Source of the DNA: Squalus acanthias
Taxonomy: Eukaryota
Direction of reading: 5' to 3'
Assembly (NCBI GenBank): GCA_030390025.1
Contig: CM059431.1
Span: 113,710,001-113,774,000, forward strand
Length of the DNA stretch: 64,000 nucleotides
The notes below the pieces were generated by a model, which worked only from the letters and a program-made list of their open reading frames with translations, ran no database searches and was not told where the DNA came from. Both the position numbers and the translations under genes were made by a program. Numbering within the stretch: position 1 is the first letter of the stretch; each line of letters opens with the position of its first letter. This document shows, piece after piece, positions 53,025 through 64,000 of the stretch.

Positions 53025-55035
53025 ATGGCCAGCTCCAAGGCAAGGGCCTCCCCGAGGTTCTCGGATGAGGCGCTGGGTATCCTGGTTCAGGGGGCGAGAG
53101 CCAGCAGGGAGGTGCTCTTCCCCTCATCTGGGAGGAAGAGGCCTCCCAAAGAAACCAAGACTGTGTGGGTCCAGCTGGCAAGGGATATAACCTCCAGATC
53201 TGTGTGCAGCAGAACATGGCTGCAGTGCCATAAAAGGTTCAATGACCTTGTAAGATCAGGCAAAGTGAGTATACCTTCAGCTTGACCCTCCTTCTGCTCC
53301 CCTTCTCCTCTCATCACCAGCATTCTGCATTTTCAACCTCCTCCTCCACATCCCACTTTACCCTTACAACCCTTGCACCCTTCACCATCCCTCTCACTCT
53401 ATGAACCCAATCACTTCACTATTCGACTATGCTGCCCTCACGCTCCCTTTCAATGTTATGCAATGACAACGACTAACAACGCACAGGGAGGGCCCTTGGA
53501 CATGGAACCTCACTCCATCTTTGTCTCCTTCTAAGCATCTATGCTCTGGACTCTCTACACTCACTCCATCATTCTCACTCCAACTCCACTTGTCTCCCTC
53601 ACTGCAGGAAAAGAGAGCCCACAATAGAAGGGAAAGGGCAAAGACTGGAGGAGAGCCACCTTCCCTTGCCCTTCTCACCCAGGCTGAAGAGGCGGCCCTG
53701 GACATCACTGGCCCAGAGGTGGAGGTGGAAGTGGGGGACGGACAGACGGGCGATGCAGAGCAAGCTGGTGACAGAATAGTTTTGCCTCTCTCTCATTTAC
53801 ACTGCTTGAGTGACTGAAATGGTTGCTGGTGTACATTATTAGAATGCCACTTGAGCATCTGCACTATTGCATGTGCATGCCAGACTTCCGTCAAATGTCT
53901 AACCCATGCCTTTACTCCCCCACAGGACCATCCACAGAGCCCCCCCTCCACTGTCGACGAGGGAGAGGCTGAACCGGAAGACTCCTCAGAGGAACCTGCA
54001 ACCTCTGAGGACACAGCGTCAGCAGATGTAAACGCACCCAGCACCAGTGCAGAAACGCACACCTCGGAGGGACTTTCGGGACATCGAGTAGTGTTGTCAC
54101 CATGTGTATTACAGCTCACAGGTGAGCATCAGCAGGTGGTGGAGACAGGGACAGCAGTGGAGAGTCCTTGTCGGAGGTCGCAGGACTCTCCTAGCTCTGC
54201 TCAGCTGCATGTGGACCCTGTGCCTCTGGGTCCATCCAGAAGGAGAGCGGTGTTGGAACTCCAGAAGCAGGTGCAGGAGTTTCTGGCAGGTTTTGTCTTC
54301 AGGGTCACTGCGAGTGTGGAGAGGATGGAGTAGTCCAACTCTAACATGAGCAGTGCCTTTGTGGAGGCAATGGCGCATGAACGCACCACCACGGAAAGGA
54401 TGGCAACCTCCGTGGAAAGGATGGCTACCTCCGTGGTAATGATGGTTACCTCTCTGGAAAGGGTGTCTATGGTCGAGGAGAGGATGGCTATGGCCATGGA
54501 GGACCTAAGTCACCAGAGTCTGGAAAACATGGTGAATGTTCAGAATAGACTGACATCTCTGGTGGAGCGATGGGCAGCTATTGAGCAGAGAAACCAGAGC
54601 TTCATGCAAGTCCTCTTGAGTAGGACTGCCAGTGCAGATATGGGTCCCCATGGCCCCCCTGATGTGCAGCAAGGTGCTCTCAAGCCACTTGCAAGTGCTG
54701 AGGTGGACCTGACCCATGAGGGGGAAGTTGGTGGCAAACAACAAGGAAGTGGGGGCTCCTCTCCAAGCGCTCACACTTCCATGCCACTGCGTAGCCCTTG
54801 GTCAGAGCCCCACCAGAGTCTGCACCCAACTGAGATGGGCGTCTCAGCCCCTGCACTGCCGTAGGATGAGCAGGCACTTGGTGAGCCCTCACAGGCTCGT
54901 AAACCCAGAGGACGCCTGCCAAAGTTGTCGAAGCAAGAGCAGCATGAAAGTGAGAAAGGGGCTTCCACTTCTGCTGAAGCCACAGGGGGAGCACCACGTA
55001 GGAGCACGCATAAGAGAAAAATAAAGCACAATTAG
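53025..55035 (+). pseudogene. H2 Myb/SANT gene; exons 53025-53264, 53608-53767, 53926-55035
   Basis: PRFSDEALGILV...RTWLQCHKRFNDLVR; EKRAHNRRERAKTGG; +1 frameshift in a C-run near 53940; stops at 54331 and 54862. Confidence 0.82.
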
Positions 55036-55282
55036 TCACACGGGTAGGCACTTGGGTGATTGTTTCTGTTTATTGATGAAATGCCATCCCTGTGTGAATG
55101 TATTAAAATGAGGTGATGGCAAATTGTTGGCGTGATGGCATCTGTTATTTCGGCTTAGGCAGCTCCACATGCGGGCTCCGCGACACTTGTGTGGTCAGGT
55201 TGGTGGTCAGAGTGAAAGGAAGCATGTCCATTGTCTATCATGTGTTAAGAAGGAGCCAAGCACATGAGCCACAATGGGCAAC

Positions 55283-56524
55283 CTATGCAAATCTGGCCAG
55301 GATGAGTGCATCCTTTGCATCACGGCCAGCAATGTGCTTGCGTGCTGCCGCTGCTGCTGGTAGATGCGCCGGCGCTCGAACCTCCTCCTCCTCCTCCTCC
55401 TTCTCCTCCTCATCCTCATCCTCATCCTCATCTGAGGAGGCTATGTACTGAGCCACTTGCTCATCAGGAAGCTGCAAGCCATGACGCTGTGCCATGTTGT
55501 GCAGTGCACAGCAGACCATGACCATTCTAGAGACCCTGGCTGCTGAATACTGCAGGGCTCCACCTGATCTGTCAAGGCATCAGAATTGCGTCTTCAGCAA
55601 TCCAATGGTTTGTTTGATGATGGATCTGGTCAAAATGTGGCTGACGTTGTAGCGCTCCTCAGCCTCGTTAGCTGGCCTCCTGATAGGCGCCATTAGCCAC
55701 TTCTTCAGGGGGTAGCCCTTGTCACCAAGGAGCCATCCGTTAAGTTGGTTTGGTGGATTGAAGAGCGGAGGAACACTAGACTGCTGCAGGATGAAAGATT
55801 CATGGCAACTACCACAGAACTTGGTGCAAACATGTAAAATCTCCTTCTTGTGGTTACACACCAGCTTTACGTTGAGGGAGTGGAAGCCCTTGCGGTTGAC
55901 AAAGATAGCTGGGTTGTGATGGAGTGCCCTAAGGGCCACATGTGTGCAGTCTATGACGCCCTGAACCATTGGCAAGCCTGCCATATTTGCAAAGCCAACC
56001 GAACGTGCGGTTACACTTGCTTGATCCCTTGAGAAGTGGATGTAATTGTGCTCCTTTGCAAAAAGGGCATCGGCAACCTGCGTGATGCAACTGTGGGCGG
56101 CCGACTGGGAGATGCCACTGATGTCTGCTGATGATCCCTGGAAGGAGCCTGAGGCAAAAAAGTTGAGTGCGGTGGTGACTTTGACAGCCACTGTTAAGAG
56201 GTGTCCACCTCTGGGCTCCAGGTTTGGTTGCAGCAGTGCGCAGATGTCTCCGACAACCTCTCGCGAAACTCTCAGCCTCCTTTGGCACTGCTGCTCACTC
56301 ATGTTGAGGTAGCTCATCCTCTGTCTGTAAACCCTGAGAATGGGGGTATCTCCTGCAGCGACGTGCTTCCATGCGCTGGCGCCTTCTGCCCTGTGCATCA
56401 GGTGGGTGAGCAGGAGGTTGGCGCTCCTGCTGCTGTTGCTGCTGAGCTGCCTGGTTCTGCCGCTACCGTGGCTGCTCCTCATTCGAATCTGAGGTCCATG
56501 ATGAAAGAAAATAAATAGTCCCAT
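55283..56524 (-). pseudogene. H2 Harbinger DDE transposase
   Basis: [29 protein letters not shown], in-frame TGA at 55580, CCALHN, acidic tail. Confidence 0.92.
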
Positions 56525-56717
56525 GCTGCTGGCAGATACCTCCGTTGGGGAAGCGCTCAGTCCAAGCGGGGAGAGGGTTTTCCAAGGAGGTCCCACAGTT
56601 GAGAGATAGAAGCTGCAGCACCTCTGACTTCGGTAGGACTGCTAAAAGTGCTGAAAGACCTGTGCAACAAAAGTTCTGCCACCTGCAACTGATCCCTGTT
56701 GAAAGCGCCAGACCACC

Positions 56718-57123
56718 GGATGTCTCAAAGCGCTTGACAGCCAATGAAGTACTATTTGAAGTGTAGTTACTTATGTAATGTAGGAAACGCAGGAGCCAAT
56801 TTGCACACAGCAAGGTCCCACAAACAGCAATGTGATAATGACCAGATAATCTGTTTTTTTGTTATGTTGGTTGAGGGATAAATATTGGCCAGGACACCGG
56901 GGATAACTCCCCTGCTCTTCTATCGAAATAATGCCATGGGATCTTTTACGTCCACCTGAGAGAGCAGATGGGGCCTCGGTTTAACGTCTCATCTGAAAGA
57001 TGGCACCTCTGACAGTGCAGCACTCCCTCAGACTGCACTGGAGTGTCAGCCTAGCTTTACGTGGGACTTGAACCCACAACCTTCTGCCTCAAAGGCGAGT
57101 GTTCTACCAACTGAGCCACAGCT
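56718..57123 (-). mobile_element. Deu-domain SINE
   Basis: Reverse complement of 28087-28536, tail slightly truncated. Confidence 0.88.
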
Positions 57124-58010
57124 CCCAAGATGGTGCATAATCAGCCCCTTTAATGTTTTATTCTGCTTTTCTCCCCCAAGAATGTTCCATTCAATATCTT
57201 TGAATTAATGATTTTTGATGAACCTTTCAGAGCCTTACACTTTATTCAAACATCATAGATAACATTAATGGGTTGTTCATTGTAATCCAGCATTCTAATT
57301 GATTATCTTCTGGGACTGATTCCCCTGATGATGTTTGAGGCAGAAACGCAATGTGGGCAAATTTTAAACTGCTTTTCGGGAAGAAGAACAATACAGGCCA
57401 TCATCTACCACAATCCGCCAGCTGAAAAATAAGACATTCAATCAAAGGTCGCCGGTAATAAGACAAAATAACCATCTTAAATACTGGCAGTCAGCCACTT
57501 GACCTTTGAAGATGAAGTGATCGACATTGGCAAGAAAACGTAGAAAATAGCACTGAGTGTAAACACAGTGGAAGTTTAAATTTTCATCCGTAGCACTCAG
57601 AATGTTTATTTTACGTGAAAAACACATCAAATACCAAGTGACAGCCATCGTCTTTCCTGCATTAAGCAAAAAAAAGGCAGCGAAAGTACTAAAATGGTAT
57701 ATCTGAGAACTGCAGGAAGCCCATCTTACTCACCTGAAAGGTAAACAAAACATTATACAGATTTAATGAAAGCTTGCTGTGCTAGACCCACTGCTGAGGT
57801 CTGCTGCTCTGCTCTCGGCAGCCTACCATTTCACCCCCAATTCATTTTAACGAACAGGAGAATTGCAGGCAAACAGGAGCAGGAGTGGGAAACTCTGGCC
57901 CATATCCTTACTGAGTCAAAAATTGCCATGGAAAGAAGGTTGTCCAGAGCTACCATCTTGTAGAATAGTCATCTGAACTGTTCTTCCGGTTGAACTGGTT
58001 CTGACGAAGC

Positions 58011-58025
58011 AGCTGTGGCTCAGTT

Positions 58026-58056
<31 letters not shown>

Positions 58057-58480
58057 GTGGGTTCATAGACCCACCCCAGAGACTTGAGCACAAAAATCTG
58101 GGCTGAAACTCCAGTGCTGTACTGAGGAAGTGCTGAATTGACAGAGGTGCCGTCTTTCGGATGAAATAATAAATTGAGGCCCCGTATGTTATCTTAGGTG
58201 GATGTAAAAGATCCCATGGCACTATTTCGAAGAAGAGCAGGGGAGTTATCCCCAGTGTCCTGGCCAATATTTATCCCTCAATCAACATAGCAAAAACAGA
58301 TTATCTGGTCATTATCACATTGTTGTTTGTGGGAGCTCGCTGTGCGCAAATTGGCTGCCGTGTTTCCTACATTACAACAGTGACTACACTTCAAATAGTA
58401 CTTCATTGGCTGTAAAGTGCTTTGGGAAGTCCTGAGACCGTGAAAGGTGCTGTATAAATGCAAGACTTTCTTTCTTTTTT
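58011..58480 (+). mobile_element. Deu-domain SINE, full length
   Basis: tRNA head, Deu core and L2-like tail. Confidence 0.9.
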
Positions 58481-58511
58481 CATTGTGTTATGAAAACATC
58501 TCTATATCTCC

Positions 58512-58969
58512 AAAAGAGAAAGACTTGCATTTATATAGCACCTTTCATGACCTCAGGACACCCCAAAGCACTTTACAGCCAATGAAGTACTTTAGAAATG
58601 TAGTCATTGTTGTAATGTGGGAAACGCGGCAGCCAATTTGCACACAGCAAGATTCCACAAACAGCAATGTGATAAATGACTAGATAATCTGTTTTAATGA
58701 TGTTGGTTGAGGGATAAATATTGGCCAGGATACCAGAGATAACTCCCCTGCTCTTCTTTGAAAAGTACCAGGGGATTTGTTACTTCCACCTGACAGGGCA
58801 GACGGGGTCTTGGTTTAACGTCCGGAAGACGGCACCTCCGACAGTGCAGCACTCCCTCAGCACTGCACTCGAAGTGTCAGCCTAGATTTTTGTGCTCAAG
58901 TCTCTGGAGTGGTTCTTGAACCTACAACCTTCTGACTCAGAGGCGAGAATGTTACTACTGAGCCACGGT
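58512..58969 (-). mobile_element. Deu-domain SINE, full length
   Basis: Reverse complement of the adjacent copy. Confidence 0.9.
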
Positions 58970-59825
58970 TAACACCATATTGTTACATATTGCATAATAT
59001 AGGCACTGTAATATTTATTTTACTATTTTTTGTAGAATATATACATTATTAGTTTCCCAAAGTAAAGAGATTCAAGACAGTATCGGGGCAAATTCATGTT
59101 CTAGACTCCACTGTGAAGCTTCGCCCACAGGGAACGCTCTGGAATTTAGGTGTGGAGGTCAACAGGTTCCACAGAATTTTCCGTCCACAATGGACAGAGT
59201 TCTGTTAGCAGGGGTCGTGTTGCTGTATGTATTGGCAATGAATCTCCTCCAAGGACCTGGTATGAAAATACCATAATCTGGGCAGGCGGGGCAGGAACTG
59301 GAGCAGGGCTGCATTGTGCTGGGTCCCTTTCCCCTTTCCCACCTGCCAAAATATCCCTTCAGTCTTGAGGCAGGCGCATAAATGATGCCCAGCAAATGAA
59401 GGAAATGTAGCGTACAACATATTTCCCTCACTCGCGCCTTTCGTAATGCTGTGTGTAAGGGACGTCTGTGCGTCCTAACATCCATCATTTCTCAGGGCCT
59501 CAAAGGTAGAATTTAAAAATGAAGGGGGAGAAATTCGGCATGTTTGGCAAAATTGACTGTCGCCCCCTGCCTTAGCGCCTGGCCTGAACAACGGCAGGAA
59601 GAGGAGGCGTGATGCATTCGGACGGCCGCTGTAGGAGTGGTATTTAAAGGGATCAATATCCGGTTTGATTTTAGTGGCCAATCAATGCTGCCTTCTCAGT
59701 TTCACATTGCGAAACAGCCGTTTTCAGTGAGTTAAACGTTTCTTACTTTCAGGAGTGTTCTGGCTGCTACAAATTTGTCACTTTCATTCTGCTAAGATTT
59801 CAAAGTCCTACATTTGGTTACATTA

Positions 59826-61024
59826 ACAGGGGCTATACTGGCACTCGAACTTGCCCTCCAGCATCAACGCGGAGGCAGCGGAGGCAGAGACAAAGATTAG
59901 AAAATGTGACCAGAGGGAGGAGGGCTAACAGGGCATTCAACAGGAGGCCTTACCCTCCCAGGGTATTCCGGGAGCGCTTCTGCGACATAAATTTAACTGA
60001 GGAGCAGTGTCTTAGAAGGCTCCGCTTCAGCAAGGAGGTGGTCACAGAGCTCTGCCACCTCCTGCAGCCAGACCTCGAGCTTCAGATCAGGACCACCACG
60101 GCTCTCTCAGTGGCAGTCAAGGTCACCGTCGCCCTCAATTTCTACACCAGCGGATCCTTCCAGTCTGCAGCAGGAGACATATCTAACATCTCGCAGTTCA
60201 CCATCCATTGCTGCATCCGGGAGGTCACAGATGCTCTCTACAGAAGGAGAAGGGACTACATTTCCTTCCCCATCACCAGAGAGAAGCAGGACAAGCGTGC
60301 ATGTGGCTTTGCCAGGATAGCGGGCTTCCCTTTGGTGCAGGGTGCCATTGACTGCACCCACGTCGCTTTGCAGGCACCCCATAGCAATCCTGAGGTCTTC
60401 TGTAACTGCAAAGGCTACCACTCACTTAATGTCCAGTTGGTGTGCGACCACAGACAGCGAATCCTCACCGTCAATGTCCGCTATCCTGGTAGCAGCCACA
60501 ATGCCTTCATCCTGCACCAGACCGGTGTGCCAGCTCTGTTCCAGCCACCACGTCAAGCTTGTGGCTGGCATGTTTGAGACAAGGGCTATCAGCTCTCCAC
60601 CTGGCTCATGACTCCCCTCCGCAACCCCAACACTCCTGCCCAGCACTCATATAATGAGAGCCATGCTGCCACCAGGAACATCATCAAGCAGACCATCGGT
60701 GTGCTCAAGCAATGGTTCCACTGCCTTGACTGCTCGGGAGGAGCCCTCCAGTACTCGGCTGAGCGGGTGTCCCTTTTTGTCGTGGTGTGCTGCATGCTGC
60801 ACAACTAGGCCATCATGAGGGCCCAGTCATTGCCACCAGACATAGATGGACCACCTCAGGAGGATGACGAGGGAGAGGAGGATGGTGGGGAGGAGGAAGA
60901 GGAGGAGGAGGAGGAGGAGGAGGAGGAACAGGGGGAGGAACAGCAGCGAGGGAGGAGGCAGCCACTCAATCGGCCTTCCGGAAGGGCTGCCCATGACCGC
61001 TTCATCAGCCTGCGGTTCCAATAA
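59826..61024 (+). pseudogene. H3 Harbinger DDE transposase
   Basis: GAIDCTH, KGYHSLNVQ, IKQTIG; start codon appears mutated to ACA; stops at 60575 and 60806. Confidence 0.92.
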
Positions 61025-61186
61025 ATTCTACCCCACATCCCGGTTGCTCACCACATCCCCATCCCATCCATTTCACTTGCCATATCACAGCGCAAAGCTG
61101 AAATTAGAGACAGCACAAATCCTGCAAAATTCAATTAATAAATTTATCAACATTCAGTAAACACATATATACAACAACAATATTAA

Positions 61187-63438
61187 CTAATCACCCTTGT
61201 GCAAACCCTTACTTCCCCTCTTTACAGTGCCTTTCCCTAATCTACTGCTCCTATGTAGTCTCTCCCCATTGGCTGCAGCAGGGCTGGTGGAAGGCTGCTG
61301 AGTGTTGGTGCCAGAGACTACAGATGGCCTTGCAGGACACCCTCGACCAGCTCTGAGCCTGGAAGGCCCAGCTGTACACTGCGCCACCTCAGGCTGGACG
61401 GCGGCAGTCTGGGCTGGCTGGATGACAGGCAGCGACAAGGGCAATGGCGGAGTGGCAATGGTGGGAGCAGGAATGCTGTCATCCTGAGAGAGGATGAAGC
61501 ATGAGAGCAGTCTGAGACTCGATGGCAGCAACCATTGACTGCATTACAGCACTAAGACGTTGCGTGGCTTCCGCCTGTGCTGCAATGGATGCTGCCACAT
61601 CGCCCATGACACGGGGCATGAGGTCTGGGTCCCCACGGTCTCTCAGGGAGTCCACCATCTTTTGCAGACTGCCAAGGATGGGCTCCATGGTGTGTGCAGA
61701 GCTCTGTGCAATGTTGGAGGCGGACTCCTCCATGGTCCTTACCATTGCCGACAGGCTCTCGGGCACCCTTGCCATTGCACCAACAGTATTGGTCTCCTTA
61801 TTTAAGGAAGGATGTAAATGCATTGGAAGCAGTTCAGAGAAGGTTTACTAGACTAATACCTGAAATGGGCAGGTTGTCTTATGAGGAAAGGTTGGACAGG
61901 CTAGGCTTGTATCCGCTGGAGTTTAGAAGAGTAAGAGGTGACTTGATTGAAACATATAAGATCCTGAGGGGTCTGGACAGGGTGGATGTGGAGAGGATGT
62001 TTCCACTTGTGGGAGAATCTAGAACTAGGGGTCACTGTTTAAAAATAAGGGGTCGCCCATTTAAGACAGAGATGAGGAGAAATTGTTTTCTCAGAGGGTC
62101 GTGAGTCTTTGGAACTCTCTTCCTCAGAGGGCGGTGGAAGCAGAGTCTTTGAATATTTTTAAGGCAGAGGTAGATAGATTCTTGATAAGCAAGGGGGTGA
62201 AAGGTTATCGGGGGTAGGCGGGAATGTGGAATAATCGGATCAGCCATGATCTTATTGAATGGCGGAGCAGGCTCGAGGGGCCGAGTGGCCTACTCCTGCT
62301 CCTAATTCGTATGTTCATATGTATGTATGTTCGTATCTCTTGTGAACGCCTCCCCATCGAGGTCCTCATCTGAGTCCTGTGCAGCAGAACTCACACGTGA
62401 ACTCACCCTCTGGGGAGCTGGCTCCCGAGTTTCCCTTTCCCCCTGGCCTTGCTGCAGCCCACTCATTCCCGGTGCATCATCCAGTGCAGACCCCTCTACT
62501 AAACTTGCCTCTAAAGATCGCGTTGTCCCAGTATCTGAGGTGGTGCCTGCGGGTGAGATATGCAGTGATGCGGTGCTTTCTTCCTCCTCCTCTTCTCCTT
62601 CCTCACTCTCAGTGGGGGGTTCAGGGACAAGCTGGTCAGCTGGTTGCTGATTACCTGATAGCATAAAGACAAAAGACTCGTGTTAAAGTGAGAGCAGTGG
62701 GGCAGGAAGGGAGCAAGGAATGCAGACAGTATAATGAGCTGGAAAGTGGGAAAGGCTGTGGTGTGAGGGAGAAGTGAGATGAGAGAAGGGGAGGGGATGA
62801 ACATACTGTTGTTGCCCCCAAGGGGGTCGACATCACCGATGGCCACGGTGTCCACCACCTGGCGCCCAATGACTCTCGGCACTCGCTCCTCCAGGTCTGT
62901 AAGCTGTTGGATGTCTGCTTCACCCCCGCCTGTTCGTTCCTGCTCCCTCCTATTGTGGCCCAGCTTGGCCTGCAAGAGAAAGAAAAGTGTGTGCGTGAGT
63001 GTGCAGCTATGTGTTTGGGAGATGTGGCTGCCATAGTTGAATAACTGTGATTGTAGGCAAGGCGTGAGATGTGGATATGAGTTTTAGTAGGTGGAGAAGC
63101 TTGGTGGGTGAGTGGTAGGGGTGTGGTGGTTTGTACAGTGTGTACAGACTGAGGATCAGCTGGTGGTATGTAGGACTTGTTGAAACATGTACTCACCCTG
63201 ACCACCTGAGTGAGGTCGTTGAATTTTTAAGGCACTGTGTGAGAGTCCTGAGGACCACACTGCTGGCCGAGACGTCCTGAACCACTTCCCTCCACATTGC
63301 CCTGAAGACCTGGTGCAATGGCCTCCTGCCAGTGGCCGGGAACAGCGCTGCCCTCCTTATTTCGACTGCCGCGACCAATGCCTCCAATGCCTGGTCACTG
63401 AAATGGCGAGCTCTCTCCCTGGGACTGGGATCAGCCAT
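61187..63438 (-). pseudogene. H3 Myb/SANT gene; exons 63438-63197, 62969-62807, 62654-61187, split by CR1
   Basis: MADPSPRERARHFSDQALEALV; AKLGHNRREQERTGGG; homologous to the H1 gene. Confidence 0.85.
61783..62336 (+). mobile_element. CR1 family A 3' fragment inserted in H3
   Basis: QYWSPYLRKD...RRVRGDLIETYKIL; tail TTCGTATG repeats. Confidence 0.93.
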
Positions 63439-63858
63439 AAGGATAAGAGGTGTAGCTGTTGAGTTGCTTGGAGGTCACCTTCAGAGCCAGCAATGTTGAG
63501 AAAGAGGTTGTGCAGAATGATTGAACCTCCCCTTTAAGAGCTGGAAGGAGCCAATGTGAATGATGAGTCCCGATTGGAGTGCACCTGAAATTGGTTATCG
63601 CCCTGCGGGTAGTGCCCCGCTCTCTATGTGTAGCGCCCTAAGTTAGGTGATTAGCGCTTGATTTAGCGCTACAGTTCTTACAATTTAGCGGGAGGTCAGA
63701 AGGATTAGCTCCTGGCGCTAATTCTCCAACATTTTAAAATTTAGCGCCCCAACTGGGGTGATACCGAAGTTTTAGCCCATTGAAACTGTTTTTTCGAAAA
63801 GCTATTCATCACAGAGTGATGGATTACCTTCAGGAAATCAGCCTACATTAAACTGCCA

Positions 63859-64000
63859 GGGGGAAAAATTCGGTTGCTTTGCGCCTCCCGTTAGCGAGGG
63901 CGCTAATGGGGCGCAAAGCAACTTGCGCCCGGGCGCGGCAATCTTTGCGGCACTCACGAAATTGACCAGACATTTTGCGGTGGCGCTAAACACTACCACC
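63859..64000. mobile_element. Start of a Harbinger element related to 20638-21527 (runs off window)
   Basis: GGGGGAAAAATTCGGTT; similar to the reverse complement of about 21380-21527. Confidence 0.8.

Larger units (their letters stand above)
52752..56715 (+). mobile_element. Harbinger transposon H2 (different family), right end lost at a SINE
   Basis: Left TIR GGGGGCGATTTT; convergent Myb gene and transposase. Confidence 0.88.
59524..63778 (-). mobile_element. Harbinger transposon H3 (same family as H1, inverted)
   Basis: Ends GGGGGAGAAATTCGG / CCGAAGTTTTAGCCC; ORFs collinear with H1; flanks GAA and ATT do not match. Confidence 0.88.

Noticed and set aside
55283..56596. Possible host HARBI1 or NAIF1/MSANTD genes
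   Set aside because: Multiple local copies with TIRs, stops and frameshifts; these are transposon ORFs
1..64000. CRISPR arrays, rRNA or prokaryotic operons
   Set aside because: No repeat-spacer arrays, rRNA similarity or dense intronless gene packing; the content is vertebrate-type repeat DNA

Overview
Eukaryotic, repeat-dominated DNA. The repeat mix (CR1 and L2 LINEs, Deu-domain SINEs, a Penelope-like fragment, many Harbinger elements) suggests a cartilaginous fish; this is inference and the species cannot be called. No intact, identifiable host gene is visible. The window holds three near-complete but dead two-gene Harbinger transposons (a DDE transposase converging on a 3-exon Myb/SANT gene), older Harbinger relics, and many TIR-bounded MITEs with 3-bp TSDs. 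It also holds one hAT MITE, two solo LTRs (1.8 and 1.1 kb, both inside Harbinger ORFs), two CR1-group LINE families, L2 and several SINEs, often nested. Most notable: a 3.3-kb LINE whose 5' end is a tRNA-like Pol III head joined to an endonuclease-RT ORF with no ORF1, with a short element nearby built from the same 5' leader plus the LINE 3' tail. Also notable: hairpin and splice-donor arrays inside MITEs, a tail-to-tail SINE pair, and a phase-consistent chain of minus-strand candidate exons (including a 16-nt microexon) from an unidentified gene. Boundaries without a TSD are approximate, and family names come from recognition by eye, not database searches.
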